From positions 352,001-416,000 of the forward strand of contig CAUVWX020000001.1 in the NCBI GenBank assembly GCA_963555815.3: 64,000 nucleotides of DNA, read 5' to 3'. This DNA is from a bacterium (GTDB taxonomy: Bacteria > UBA8248 > JACPRG01 > G963555815). Of the stretch, positions 46,187 to 56,480 are shown piece by piece; the first letter of the stretch is position 1, and each line of letters opens with the position of its first letter. The notes below the pieces were generated by a model that saw only the letters and a list, made by a program, of their open reading frames with translations, did no database searches and was not told the origin of the DNA. Both the position numbers and the translations under genes were made by a program.

Positions 46187-46801
46187 CTACTTCAGGACGA
46201 GGAGCTGGATAACCCCACAGGCGATGCGGGCCCCGGCATTTCCGCTGGGGTTGCTCTTTTCGTCATCAGGGCCGGCGTGAATGACCAAGGCCGTGCCGTC
46301 GGGATGAAAGGGATCGAAGAGCGAATGCTTCCCTGAGCCGAGGGTGACAAACGGGGCGTCCGACTCCACAACGGCGGTGCCGTCGTCCCCTACCGTGATA
46401 TTCGGCAGATCCCCGGCATGCGGTCCCTCTGGGTTTTTCAACCCGTGCCCCTTCTCATGGGGGTTGAAGTGACCGCCGGCCGATTTGAAGTCCGGTGGAT
46501 CGCACTGACCGATCGAGTGGATGTGGAAGGCGTGGGTCCCCGGCGGGAGATTAGAAATTTGGAGGGCGATCTTGGCGCCTTGTCGAGTCGCCGCCGTGAT
46601 GGTCGCAGTTCCCACCGTCTCTCCCTCTGCGTTAATCAACTCCACCCTCCCCTCGATGGCCTTTGGGGTTGTACCCATGGCTATCTGCGTCTCTGTCCCT
46701 GAATTGCGCAGCTCGGCCTTCGCTGTGTCGGCGCCCGCCTGACCGTAGACGACAGTGCTGAACACGAGCAACCCCCCGGCGACAAGCGTTGTGTGCTTCA
46801 T
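46187..46801 (-). CDS. sodC: Periplasmic Cu/Zn superoxide dismutase
   Basis: HAFHIH, GGHFNP, HG, HAGDL, VIH, GARIACG; signal peptide. Confidence 0.95.
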   Translation of the reverse strand: MKHTTLVAGGLLVFSTVVYGQAGADTAKAELRNSGTETQIAMGTTPKAIEGRVELINAEGETVGTATITAATRQGAKIALQISNLPPGTHAFHIHSIGQCDPPDFKSAGGHFNPHEKGHGLKNPEGPHAGDLPNITVGDDGTAVVESDAPFVTLGSGKHSLFDPFHPDGTALVIHAGPDDEKSNPSGNAGARIACGVIQLLVLK

Positions 46802-47282
46802 GTGTGTCCCCTCCTCTTAGCAGTATGGTCTCTCGCGGCTCACGGGAGCTGTTGCTTCAACATCATGAAACAATCCGTGATGCCGTTCGCCTGGTCCACC
46901 GAATTGATGATGTCGTACTCCCATCGATTCACCCCCTGGTCCTCCCGATGGAAACACCCACCCTCGGGAACTCAATTGAAATCCTCGGCTCACCTCCTCG
47001 TGGCTGACTCCTGAACAAGATTGTGATGTTCATTATACTTTTTTGTCTTATTCGGTCTCAAGACGATTCGCTAGAACAGGGCCACAATCCATGATGGACA
47101 CGCACACCAGGGTCTATCTCGATCTCCACCGACACCCCCCCCTACCCCCCCCTGAAGGGTCCCTCCTTGCGGGCCCAGGAGCATTTTGCTAGAATTTTCC
47201 CCTCAGGGGAGGAGTGCTCCAAAGAGGAATCCGTTTTCTTCTACCAGGCCTCCCGTCTCGCCCTCTGGACTCTTTGACGAGC

Positions 47283-48308
47283 GTGAAGATATCTCTTCCG
47301 CCTAAGCTGAATCTTGCCCTTCTGCCGACCCGCATCGAGCGCCTGGCAAGGGTGAGTGAACGAGTCAGCCGGGAGATCTACATCAAGCGGGATGACCTGA
47401 CCGAAGCCGCCGGAAGCGGAAACAAGATCAGAAAGCTCGAATTCCTCCTCAAGGCGGCCTTGGAGGCGGGAGCCGATACCCTCGTCACCTGCGGGGGTCT
47501 TCAGTCTAACCACTGCCGCGCCACCGCCCTTCTGGGCAGACGACTCGGACTCTCAAGCGTCCTCATCCTAAGAGGTTCGCCCCAAGAACCATTGGATGGA
47601 AATTTTTTGCTCGACCGGCTCCTGGGGGCAGAGGTGGTCTACGTGACGGCCGAGGAGTACGAGCGGCGGGCAGAAATCTTCGAGGAGATCGCCTCCCGGC
47701 TAAGGGCAGAGGGCAAAAAGCCCTACCTCATCCCAGAAGGAGGGAGCAACGCCCTCGGGGCCTCTGGTTACGTTGCCATGGTCGAGGAACTCCTCGAACA
47801 GATGTCACAGCAGAATCTTTCTTTCGATTCCATCCTCTGCCCCGTTGGGTCCGGAGGGACGCTGGCGGGGCTTCTGATAGGCAAATATCTCTATGGCCTC
47901 TCGGCCGAGATCTTTGGCGTCGACGTCGAGGGGGATACCCCCTACCTCGTGAGTCAGGTGGACGCCATCATCCGGGAGGCGAGAGAGACCCTGGGGTTTC
48001 CGGTGGAGGTGCCTGCGGAAGCAATCCACATCCTGGAGGGATACGAGGGTCTTGGCTATGCGAAGAGCACCCCCCAGGAGATGTCCCTCATCGCCGAGGT
48101 GGCCCAGCAGGAGGGAATTGTCCTGGACCCCGTCTACACGGCAAAAACCTTTCGAGGGCTGATGGAAGAGGTCTCGGGAAAGGGGGAGAGGGCTGGGCGT
48201 CTTGGCCGCCGAATCCTCTTCCTCCACACAGGGGGGATCTTCGGCCTTTTCCCCCAGCGGAGACTTCTCGAGACGGTCCTTCTTGGGGAGGTGGCTCGAA
48301 AATCTTGA
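47283..48308 (+). CDS. D-cysteine desulfhydrase / cysteate sulfo-lyase family PLP enzyme (start uncertain)
   Basis: KRDDLT...GNKIRK, QSNH, DPVYTAK (Thr, not the Glu of ACC deaminase), HTGG. Confidence 0.9.
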   Translation: MKISLPPKLNLALLPTRIERLARVSERVSREIYIKRDDLTEAAGSGNKIRKLEFLLKAALEAGADTLVTCGGLQSNHCRATALLGRRLGLSSVLILRGSPQEPLDGNFLLDRLLGAEVVYVTAEEYERRAEIFEEIASRLRAEGKKPYLIPEGGSNALGASGYVAMVEELLEQMSQQNLSFDSILCPVGSGGTLAGLLIGKYLYGLSAEIFGVDVEGDTPYLVSQVDAIIREARETLGFPVEVPAEAIHILEGYEGLGYAKSTPQEMSLIAEVAQQEGIVLDPVYTAKTFRGLMEEVSGKGERAGRLGRRILFLHTGGIFGLFPQRRLLETVLLGEVARKS

Positions 48309-49282
48309 GCGCAACGTGCACCCTTGGCCAGGGTTCTTGTCTCACCTTCGGCGTCAGCCTGGGAGGGCCCTTTATTTATGGGGTCCCAGAACCCGCTTGG
48401 TTCTATTCCGCCGTCGAGGAGATCGAGGATCTCGGTTATGACGCCGTCTGGGTCAGCGACCACATCGTCACGCCGGACCCCATTCAGGACAGCCTCATCC
48501 TCCTTGCCGCCTTTGCGGCCAGAACCCGGCGAATCCTCCTCGGGACCGGAGTCTTCCTGCTCGCCCTTCGGCATCCCACGCTCGCCGCGAAATCCCTCTC
48601 CATCCTGGATCTATTGTCAGAGGGGCGAGTCATCCTGGGGGTCGGGGTGGGGGGCGAGTTCCCAAAGGAGTTTGAGGCTTGTGGGGTCTCCATGCGAGAA
48701 CGGGGCCGTCGCACAAACGAAGCCCTGGACGTCATCCGACAGCTCTGGCGCGAGGAGCATGTGACCCACCGGGGGCGCTTTTTTTCCTTCGAGGACGTGT
48801 CCTTGAAACCCCCGCCCGCCCAGCAGGGGGGTCCCCCGATTTGGATCGGCGGCCGCACGGAGGCGGCCCTTCGCCGGGCGGTCGAGCGGGGGGACGGCTG
48901 GATGAGCTACCTCGTCACTCCGGAACGCTTTCGCCGAAGCCTAGAATCACTTGGAGAGCTGGCCCGGAAGAATGGGAGAAGCCTTGAAGGTTTTTCGACC
49001 TCCCATCTGCACTTCCTTTTCGTCTCGGACTCTCTAGAGAAGGCGAGAAAGATCGCCGTCGACAACCTAACCCGAACTTATCACCAACCCTTTGACTCCC
49101 TTGTGGACAAATACTGCGCCCTGGGCCCTCCTGAAGCCTGCGTGGAGGATCTTTGGCGATATCACGAGGCAGGGGTGCGCCATATTGTCCTGCGCCCCAC
49201 CTGCCCCACGGAGGAGTTTTTGCCCCAGCTCAGGCGCCTTGCCCGGGAAGTGATCCCAGAGCTAAAAAAACGGGCGTCTTAA
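48305..49282 (+). CDS. LLM-class flavin/F420-dependent oxidoreductase
   Basis: VWVSDH, LD.LS.GRVILGVG.G, PPIWIGG. Confidence 0.9.
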   Translation: MSATCTLGQGSCLTFGVSLGGPFIYGVPEPAWFYSAVEEIEDLGYDAVWVSDHIVTPDPIQDSLILLAAFAARTRRILLGTGVFLLALRHPTLAAKSLSILDLLSEGRVILGVGVGGEFPKEFEACGVSMRERGRRTNEALDVIRQLWREEHVTHRGRFFSFEDVSLKPPPAQQGGPPIWIGGRTEAALRRAVERGDGWMSYLVTPERFRRSLESLGELARKNGRSLEGFSTSHLHFLFVSDSLEKARKIAVDNLTRTYHQPFDSLVDKYCALGPPEACVEDLWRYHEAGVRHIVLRPTCPTEEFLPQLRRLAREVIPELKKRAS

Positions 49283-49311
49283 GAAAAACACCGCTCAAAG
49301 GGTCAGGACAT

Positions 49312-51213
49312 ATGCCGATGAAAAGACTTCGGCTCGGCTTGAAGACGTGGCAAGGGGTGGGGTGGCTATGGGTCTCCATGGGCCTTGGAGTCCTCGAGGC
49401 GGCCCGGCTCATCCTGTGGAAATTTGGTCATTCTCACTTTACGAAGGTGGACGCCTTAAACCTTTTTATCTCTTCGACGGTCCTCAATCTCTCCCTCGTC
49501 ATCGGGGTCTCCCTCATCGTTTTCTGGACGCTCCGCTACCGACACAGGAAAAAGGGGACGACCTTGACGCGGCGACACCTGCTGTGCGCCCAGGTGGCCA
49601 TTTTTGTCTCCCTCGGCTTTCTCATCTGGGTGGGACGCCTCCTCATCGTCACGGTCCCGGTCTCCATTGCCCTCTTGATTGGACTCTATCTCCTCTTCCT
49701 CAGGGTCCCGGCGAGGAGGCTCTGGGTCCTCCCGTCAGGCCTGGTGGCCGGCTTGGTCCTTCTGGCGGGCGTCGGGACCAGCCTCCTCGGCCGAGTGCCG
49801 AACGATTTCGGGGATTCCCTGGAGGCGAAGCAGCTGCGGGTCCTCCCGGCTAAATCCTCTCCGAACCTCATCCTCATCGTCCTCGACACACTTCAGGCCC
49901 ATCACCTCTCTGCGTACGGCTACTCCCGGGAAACCTCTCCCTTTCTATCCAAGCTGGCGACCGAGGGGGTGCGTTTCTCTCGTTTCTATGCTAATTCGGC
50001 CGACACCTCTCAGACCATGGCCTCCCTCTTCACAGGCCTCTATCCCTCGGTCCACGGCGTGAAGGAGCTGGGGGTGTCCCTGCCCCAGGAAAATCTCACC
50101 CTGATGGAAATCCTCAGGGACCGTGGATATAACACCTCCTTCTTTACCACCCACTGGTTCATTGACCCGAACTATCACTTCGACCAGGGAAGCGATTACG
50201 TCTATCAGGCTTGGCAGGAGAACGGCCTGAACCACGCCCCCGGGGAGCACCTCTTCCTCTGGCTGAAGGCGGGGGCCGTCTCTCCCTCCGCCTACCAGTT
50301 CCTCCGGACTGCCAACGACTGGAAGAACCGGGGACTGGCGGCCCTCTTCGGTAGGAAGAACATGGGGGAAGCGAAATGGCTCACGGAGAAGGTCGTGGCC
50401 TACGCGGACTACATCACCCGGCGCCCGGATTACGATCCCGAACGAAACCGTTTCTCCCTCTTCGTCTTCTATCACGACCTTCATGAGCCCCGCTGTGTGC
50501 GCCCCCCCTATGACCGTATCTTTGACCCCGGGTACGCTGGACGGCCCCTTTGCCGCAAGCTTGACAAGACCGACTGGACGGACGAAATGCGCCAGAACGA
50601 GGTCGCCCGCTATGACGGCGCCATTCGGATGATAGATGACGAGCTAAGAAGGCTCTTCGCTTCTCTGGGGGAGAGGGGCTTGCTGAGGGATACCCTCGTG
50701 GCCGTGACCGCCGACCACGGAGAGGCCCTCAATGAGCACGGGGCGTATGGCCACGGGGGGACCTTCTATCAAGAGCTGATTCATATCCCCCTCATCCTCT
50801 GGGACCCCCGGCGGCTCCCTCAGGGAAAGGACGTGAGCGCTCTCGCCTCTCAGGTGGATTTCTTGCCCACCCTCCTGGAGGCCTTAGAGGTTCCGGTCCC
50901 CGAGGAGATGCAGGGACAAAGCCTCATGCCCTCCATTTTGGGGACGGGAAAAAGTCGCACGGTTTACGGAGAGAACCATCACGGGGCGGAAATATCTCAG
51001 TTTGTGATCGACGGACGCTGGAAGCTCGTCTCCCGCACAGGGGGACGCACCTCGCAAAAGCTTCTCTTTGACCTTTCCTCGGACCCACAAGAGCAGAAAA
51101 ATCTCTACGAGCAAGAGACGGAAGTGGCAAAGAAGATGGAGGCCCTCCTTGAGGTGGAGTCCAACCGAGCCGCCCCCAAAGAATCCCCAGGAGGGGAGCC
51201 CGGAGAAGATTAA
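49312..51213 (+). CDS. Membrane-anchored sulfatase-like / alkaline phosphatase superfamily protein
   Basis: N-terminal TM helices, PNLILIVLDTL, ASLFTGLYP..HG, TADHGE. Confidence 0.85.
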   Translation: MPMKRLRLGLKTWQGVGWLWVSMGLGVLEAARLILWKFGHSHFTKVDALNLFISSTVLNLSLVIGVSLIVFWTLRYRHRKKGTTLTRRHLLCAQVAIFVSLGFLIWVGRLLIVTVPVSIALLIGLYLLFLRVPARRLWVLPSGLVAGLVLLAGVGTSLLGRVPNDFGDSLEAKQLRVLPAKSSPNLILIVLDTLQAHHLSAYGYSRETSPFLSKLATEGVRFSRFYANSADTSQTMASLFTGLYPSVHGVKELGVSLPQENLTLMEILRDRGYNTSFFTTHWFIDPNYHFDQGSDYVYQAWQENGLNHAPGEHLFLWLKAGAVSPSAYQFLRTANDWKNRGLAALFGRKNMGEAKWLTEKVVAYADYITRRPDYDPERNRFSLFVFYHDLHEPRCVRPPYDRIFDPGYAGRPLCRKLDKTDWTDEMRQNEVARYDGAIRMIDDELRRLFASLGERGLLRDTLVAVTADHGEALNEHGAYGHGGTFYQELIHIPLILWDPRRLPQGKDVSALASQVDFLPTLLEALEVPVPEEMQGQSLMPSILGTGKSRTVYGENHHGAEISQFVIDGRWKLVSRTGGRTSQKLLFDLSSDPQEQKNLYEQETEVAKKMEALLEVESNRAAPKESPGGEPGED

Positions 51214-51279
51214 ACAACTGATTTTCCGGGATATCGGGCCCGGCGAGATATGGGAAGAGTGCCTCGATGAAATGGAATA

Positions 51280-51903
51280 CTATCTATACTGCCGGAGGTC
51301 AAAATTGAACGAGAGGTCCGACCCCTCGTCTCGGCGGATCACGATCTGGGCCTCCCGCCGAAGGTCCAGCCTTTCGTAGAGAAAGTCAATCCGCAGGGTT
51401 CCCTCATAAATTTTTTGTTCCTCTCGATCAGTAGTCAGGTGGGGGGGCTCGGCCTGAACCTCAGCAGGATAGATCTGCGAGCCCCGCTGCACGAAGAAGA
51501 TGTCCGTCCCGGCGAGGATACCTTGATGATAACCCTGTAAGGTGAGCTCAATGGTCAGGTGCGGGGAGGCTGCAAGGGACTCCACGATCTCTCGGTCAAT
51601 GGGTTTTTTGGCCAAGGCCTGGGCCGCGGCGTGACGGGCCAGATGGGTCCACTTGGTGTGAAGGATCGCACTTTGTATCACGGGTCCGCTCAGGGAGACC
51701 TGTCGATAGTAGGCGTTGATGAGTGTTTCCACCTGCTCGGCGTTGGCCTGACCCCACTCCAAGGCCGTCACCAGAGACTCTGAGGCGGGATCCACCAGGG
51801 GCCCCTCGCTGTGCCTCTCACCTCCCCAGGGTGGGGAGGGCGAGCTGGACCCGAGGCATCCGGCGAGGAGAAACAAAAACCCGCCACAGACCAGCCTCCA
51901 CAT
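51280..51903 (-). CDS. Hypothetical lipoprotein
   Basis: MWRLVCGGFLFLLAGC lipobox; fills the gap between neighbours. Confidence 0.65.
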   Translation of the reverse strand: MWRLVCGGFLFLLAGCLGSSSPSPPWGGERHSEGPLVDPASESLVTALEWGQANAEQVETLINAYYRQVSLSGPVIQSAILHTKWTHLARHAAAQALAKKPIDREIVESLAASPHLTIELTLQGYHQGILAGTDIFFVQRGSQIYPAEVQAEPPHLTTDREEQKIYEGTLRIDFLYERLDLRREAQIVIRRDEGSDLSFNFDLRQYR

Positions 51904-52147
51904 CCGGGCGCGCCCTCGCTGCCGGAAAGGCAGACACAAAGGGGGATCTGGGATGAGAGCCGCCTCATCTACCAATGTTTATCCTCCCATCCTCTCCGCT
52001 TCATTCCCATGAAAAAAGAGGAGAGCTCGAGCCTCATCAGGCAGTTTCACTCAGGCTACCAATCCCCTGGGAAGGGGATCAACCCTTTCAATTTCGCGCA
52101 GGACGGTTTGATGAACAGACAGTGGGAAGCCTCCAGGGTCGTTAACG

Positions 52148-52897
52148 TCATGTCGCAAGCTTTGAAGGGTTGGAGATGGAATGTGCGAGGACGATGAGGG
52201 AAGCGCCGAAGGGGAGATCGACCCTGCGGAGCCAGCGCGCCTCAACCCCTGAAAGGGCGATGAGCAGGCGGTTCATCGGCTCTGGGACGCTTAAGAAATC
52301 ATCTCCCAGGATGTCCTGGCCCTGACGGGGACGCCGTCGCACAGGTCGCAACGCCGTCATCACGGGATAAAGGAAAGAGAAAGTATAGCTCAGGCGCTCA
52401 ATCCAAAACCCCGCCTCCCGCAGCTTTTCTCCGAGCTCCACCCTCCGGTAGCGGCGGACATGGTGACAGAGCTCGTCGTGCCGGCCCCACAGATGCGGAT
52501 GAGCCGGGGTCGTCAGGACAAGCTTTCCGCCGGGTTTGAGGATCCTGTGCCACTCCAAAAGGGCACTCCTGTCGTCGCAAATATGCTCCAGGACCTCGGA
52601 AGCAACGAGGGCGTCAAAGGCGGCGTTTTGAAAAGGAAGGTGCGTCACGGAAGCCCGACAGAGCCCGGCCCCGGGCACCCTCTTGTGTGTCTGCACCATG
52701 GCCACGGGGGAGGAGTCGACCCCATAGAGGGCATCAGACTGCCCGGCGACGGCCTCAAAGAGGGCCCCTGTCCCACAACCCAGGTCCAGCACGCGGCCAC
52801 AGCGACCCAGCCACTGTCGAACCAGCCGGTTCTTGGCCACGTACCACCAGTAAGAGTCTTCGATGTCGGCGAACTTCTGCTCGAGTCGCGGGTCCAT
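52148..52897 (-). CDS. Class I SAM methyltransferase
   Basis: YWWY, VLDLGCGTG, EVLEH, HDELCHH.RRY. Confidence 0.9.
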   Translation of the reverse strand: MDPRLEQKFADIEDSYWWYVAKNRLVRQWLGRCGRVLDLGCGTGALFEAVAGQSDALYGVDSSPVAMVQTHKRVPGAGLCRASVTHLPFQNAAFDALVASEVLEHICDDRSALLEWHRILKPGGKLVLTTPAHPHLWGRHDELCHHVRRYRRVELGEKLREAGFWIERLSYTFSFLYPVMTALRPVRRRPRQGQDILGDDFLSVPEPMNRLLIALSGVEARWLRRVDLPFGASLIVLAHSISNPSKLAT

Positions 52898-53093
52898 ACG
52901 CCCTTCGTCGTTACGGGGGGGGCGTCTCGATGCGCCCCGTATATAGCCTGACGGCAACCGTCTTTGCAAAGCGATTCTCGTTGGATCCCTATGAGTTGTC
53001 CAGTGGGCTTGTGAGAAGTCCACCGGTCGCTGAATTTCCCTTGACAACCGGAAAGGGGAAGCATAAAAAGTTTCAACAAGATAGGAGAAGATT

Positions 53094-53147
53094 GTGCGTC
53101 AGGTTCGCCCCTCAGACCGAGCCGAATACTTTTTAAGCTTTCGTTAG
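53094..53147 (+). CDS. Putative attenuator leader peptide MRQVRPSDRAEYFLSFR
   Basis: AGGAG RBS plus GTG; Tyr and Phe codons clustered near the stop; upstream of DAHP synthase. Confidence 0.6.
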   Translation: MRQVRPSDRAEYFLSFR

Positions 53148-53235
53148 GTCTGCCTGCCGCCACTTTCTCTTCTGAGGCTGGCCGCGGGCGGACTGGCGGT
53201 TCCCCGTAGCCTTCCTGAGCCGCTTTCGCCAGATT

Positions 53236-53268
53236 AGCCGCGGGGACGCCTGCGGTTTTTTATTTTTT
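53236..53268 (+). terminator. Intrinsic terminator (attenuator) before DAHP synthase
   Basis: AGCCGCGGG-GACG-CCTGCGGTT followed by a long T tract. Confidence 0.75.
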
Positions 53269-53290
53269 CTTTTGGGAGAGTGCCCCAACC

Positions 53291-54307
53291 ATGATCATCG
53301 TGATGAAGGCCGGTGCGACGGAAGAAGAGCTTTCAGCCGTCGTGGCCCGGGTGAAGGAGCTGGGCTATCAGCCCCACGTGATCCAGGGCGTTGAACGCTC
53401 GGTCGTCGGCGCGGTGGGCGACGAGCGGGAAAAGGCGAGACTTCAGGCCCTGGAGGTCCTGGCGGGGGTGGAGAGCGTCGTCCCCATCCTTCGGCCCTAC
53501 AAGCTCGCAAGCAGTCAAGTCCACCCCGACCGGACGATGGTGAGGGTGGATGGAGTTTCAGTGGGTGGAGAGAAGCTCGCCGTCATTGCGGGTCCCTGTT
53601 CGGTGGAAAGCAGGGAGCAGATCCTGGAAGTGGCGCGGACCGTCAAGGAGGCTGGGGCCAACCTCCTCCGGGGCGGGGCCTTCAAACCCAGGACGTCTCC
53701 CTATAGCTTCCAGGGGCTGGCCGAGGAGGGGCTCAAATTTCTGGCCGAGGCCAAAGCGGAGACGGGTCTTCCCATCGTTACAGAGGTCATGAACCCGGGC
53801 GATGTGGACCTCGTGGAGCGTTACGCCGATGTTCTTCAGATCGGGGCCCGAAACATCCAGAACTTCCCGCTCCTTCGTCAGACAGGCCAAGCCAAGAAAC
53901 CCATCTTCCTCAAGCGCGGCATGATGACCACCATTGAGGAGTTTCTGATGTCGGCGGAATACATCCTCTCGGAGGGAAACCCCAATGTGATCCTCTGCGA
54001 ACGGGGGATTCGGACCTTCGAGACGGCCACCCGAAACACCCTGGACCTCAGCGCCATCCCCATCCTCAAGGCGGAGTCCCATCTGCCTGTCATCGTGGAC
54101 CCCAGCCATGCGACGGGGACCTGGCATCTGGTGAACCCCATGGCCAAGGCCGCCATTGCCGCCGGGGCCGACGGTCTGATGATCGAGGTCCACCCGAAGC
54201 CCGCTGAGGCTCTTTCGGACGGCGCCCAGTCCCTCACCCCTGAAAACTTTGCCCTCCTCATGAAGGAGCTCATCCCGTTCGTGGCCGCGGCGGGTCGATC
54301 TCTCTGA
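53291..54307 (+). CDS. aroF: 3-deoxy-7-phosphoheptulonate (DAHP) synthase, type I-beta with N-terminal ACT-like domain
   Basis: [40 protein letters not shown]. Confidence 0.95.
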   Translation: MIIVMKAGATEEELSAVVARVKELGYQPHVIQGVERSVVGAVGDEREKARLQALEVLAGVESVVPILRPYKLASSQVHPDRTMVRVDGVSVGGEKLAVIAGPCSVESREQILEVARTVKEAGANLLRGGAFKPRTSPYSFQGLAEEGLKFLAEAKAETGLPIVTEVMNPGDVDLVERYADVLQIGARNIQNFPLLRQTGQAKKPIFLKRGMMTTIEEFLMSAEYILSEGNPNVILCERGIRTFETATRNTLDLSAIPILKAESHLPVIVDPSHATGTWHLVNPMAKAAIAAGADGLMIEVHPKPAEALSDGAQSLTPENFALLMKELIPFVAAAGRSL

Positions 54308-54316
54308 GGCCGATGC

Positions 54317-56311
54317 GTGACTGATGCTCCTCGGCCCTCCCCGGGTCAAGAGAGCGTGTGGGAGGAGATCTTCGGTCCGGGGGGCCGGCTCTCGGCCGTT
54401 CTGCCTGGATACGAGGAACGCCCGGGCCAGGCCGAGATGGCCGCTGCCGTGGCAGAGACCCTTGGGGAAGGGGGCGAACTCCTCGTCGAGGCGGGGACCG
54501 GGACCGGTAAGACCCTGGCCTATCTGGCCCCGGCAGCCCTCTGCGGAACCCGCGTCATCATCTCCACAGGCACAAAGACCCTCCAGGACCAGATCCTTCA
54601 CAAAGACCTTCCCTTGTTAGAGACCCTCCTTGGGAAATCCCTTCGAGCTTGCGTCATGAAGGGGCGGCCGAACTACCTCTGCCGACGTCGATACCAGGCC
54701 TTCCTGAACGCGCCCACCTTCCGGACCCAGAAGGAGGGTCGTCTCTTTGAGGAGATTAATAAATGGGTGGAGACCTCCGAGGCGGGCGACATCGCGGAGC
54801 TCGACCAGATCCCGGAAGACTACGGCCCCTGGCGCGAGGTAAGCTCCACCAGCGAGACCTGCCAGGGCTCGAAATGCCCCCTTTATGAAACCTCCTTTAC
54901 GACCAAGATGCGAGCCGTTGCGGCGGCCTCAGACATTATCATCGTCAACCACCACCTCTTCTTCTCGGACCTCTCCCTTCGTCTCCGGGGAAGAGGAGAG
55001 CATTTCCCCGGCCGTGTCCTGCCCCGCTATCACGCCGTCATCTTCGACGAGGCCCATATCCTGGAGGACGTGGCGACGGAGTATTTTGGCGTGACCATCA
55101 GCCGGGGACGATTCGAGGAGGTGGCCCGAGACATGCTGCGGGAGCTGGCGGGAAGACGCGATAACCGGCTCACAGGGAATCTGGCCCGCCTCGCCCGGGC
55201 GACCGACGCCTTCTTTGAGACCCTCCCCCCGGAGGTGGTCGAGCCACTCCGAGAGGCCGAGACGGGGGGACGTCGAAGGCTCCGCCCCGAAAATGTCTCC
55301 CCTTCTCTTCAGGAGGCCAAAGAGGGGCTGAACGGGGTTTTAATCACCCTCTCCAATCAGCTTTCCCGAAAGCAGGAGGAGGGTTTTTTGGCCGGGGCCA
55401 GACGGTGCCGTGAGATCTCCGATGATCTCTCCTTCATCCTGGAGATGAAAGATCCGGAATACATTTCGTGGGTCCAATCCAGGGGCAAAAGTTTTGCGCT
55501 CAGCGCTTCCCCCATCCACGTGGCGGGCCTCCTTCAGACCGAGCTTTTCGACCGCCTAAAAAGCGTCGTCCTCACCTCGGCTACCCTGAGCTCAGGGGAA
55601 AGTTTTGACTATATTAGAGGACGACTGGGGCTCCGCCAGCCTACAAATCTCCTCATCCACTCCCCTTTTGACCACCCCCGCCAGGGAGTCCTCTTTCTTC
55701 CCCAGGGTCTCCCCTATCCTGATTCACCTCGTTTCGTTGAGGCCATCTGTCCGGTGATCGAGTCGGTGCTGAAAATTTCAGGGGGAAGGGCCTTTGTCCT
55801 CTTCACCAGTTACCGCAACATGCGGGCGGCCCACGCTCGCCTCAAACAAAAACTCCCCTACCGGGTTTTCCTTCAGGGGGAGCGGCCGAAATCTTTGCTC
55901 CTTGAGGATTTTCGGTCGGGAGCCTCGTCTGTCCTCTTTGGCACCTCAAGCTTCTGGCAGGGGGTGGACGTCCAGGGGGAGGCCCTAAGCTGCGTCATCA
56001 TTGATAAGTTGCCCTTCGCAAGCCCGGCCGACCCCCTGGTCGAGGCGAGAGTGGAAGCGCTTTCGGCCGCCGGGGAAGACCCCTTCCTTTCCTATCAGGT
56101 GCCTCAGGCCGTCATCTCCCTCAAACAGGGCCTCGGTCGCCTCATAAGGAGCCGGAAGGACCGGGGGATCCTGGCTGTCCTGGACGGTCGGATCACCTCC
56201 CGGCCCTACGGGCAACTTTTTCTGAAGAACCTTCCCCCCTGGCCTGTCGTCAGGACCCTTGAGAAGTTAAGGGAACAAGAAACTCTGTCGAAAGCGGGCT
56301 CATCGGCCTAG
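54317..56311 (+). CDS. DinG/YoaA family ATP-dependent helicase
   Basis: EAGTGTGKT, KGR.NYLC, DEAH, TSATL, QGLGRLIRS. Confidence 0.93.
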   Translation: MTDAPRPSPGQESVWEEIFGPGGRLSAVLPGYEERPGQAEMAAAVAETLGEGGELLVEAGTGTGKTLAYLAPAALCGTRVIISTGTKTLQDQILHKDLPLLETLLGKSLRACVMKGRPNYLCRRRYQAFLNAPTFRTQKEGRLFEEINKWVETSEAGDIAELDQIPEDYGPWREVSSTSETCQGSKCPLYETSFTTKMRAVAAASDIIIVNHHLFFSDLSLRLRGRGEHFPGRVLPRYHAVIFDEAHILEDVATEYFGVTISRGRFEEVARDMLRELAGRRDNRLTGNLARLARATDAFFETLPPEVVEPLREAETGGRRRLRPENVSPSLQEAKEGLNGVLITLSNQLSRKQEEGFLAGARRCREISDDLSFILEMKDPEYISWVQSRGKSFALSASPIHVAGLLQTELFDRLKSVVLTSATLSSGESFDYIRGRLGLRQPTNLLIHSPFDHPRQGVLFLPQGLPYPDSPRFVEAICPVIESVLKISGGRAFVLFTSYRNMRAAHARLKQKLPYRVFLQGERPKSLLLEDFRSGASSVLFGTSSFWQGVDVQGEALSCVIIDKLPFASPADPLVEARVEALSAAGEDPFLSYQVPQAVISLKQGLGRLIRSRKDRGILAVLDGRITSRPYGQLFLKNLPPWPVVRTLEKLREQETLSKAGSSA

Positions 56312-56480
56312 AAGTGCAAGTTGCGTCCAGGGCCTGAAAGCCCTATTATCGTCATTAAAGAGCTCTTCCTGTTTTCCTAACAGAAGGGCCCTAAAACTCT
56401 TCCCGAGCGGCCTGGAGACCCGGGCGAAAAAACCGGGAAGGTTTGAGCAGTTTTCTATCTCATCCCCAGGGAGATCCACA

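Noticed and set aside
46920..47033. Frame with two TGA codons upstream of sodC as a possible selenoprotein
   Set aside because: No start codon with RBS, redox motif or SECIS-like hairpin that I can support
52025..52052. CTGATGAG and GAAAC hammerhead-like words on the minus strand
   Set aside because: Too close together to form the required stems
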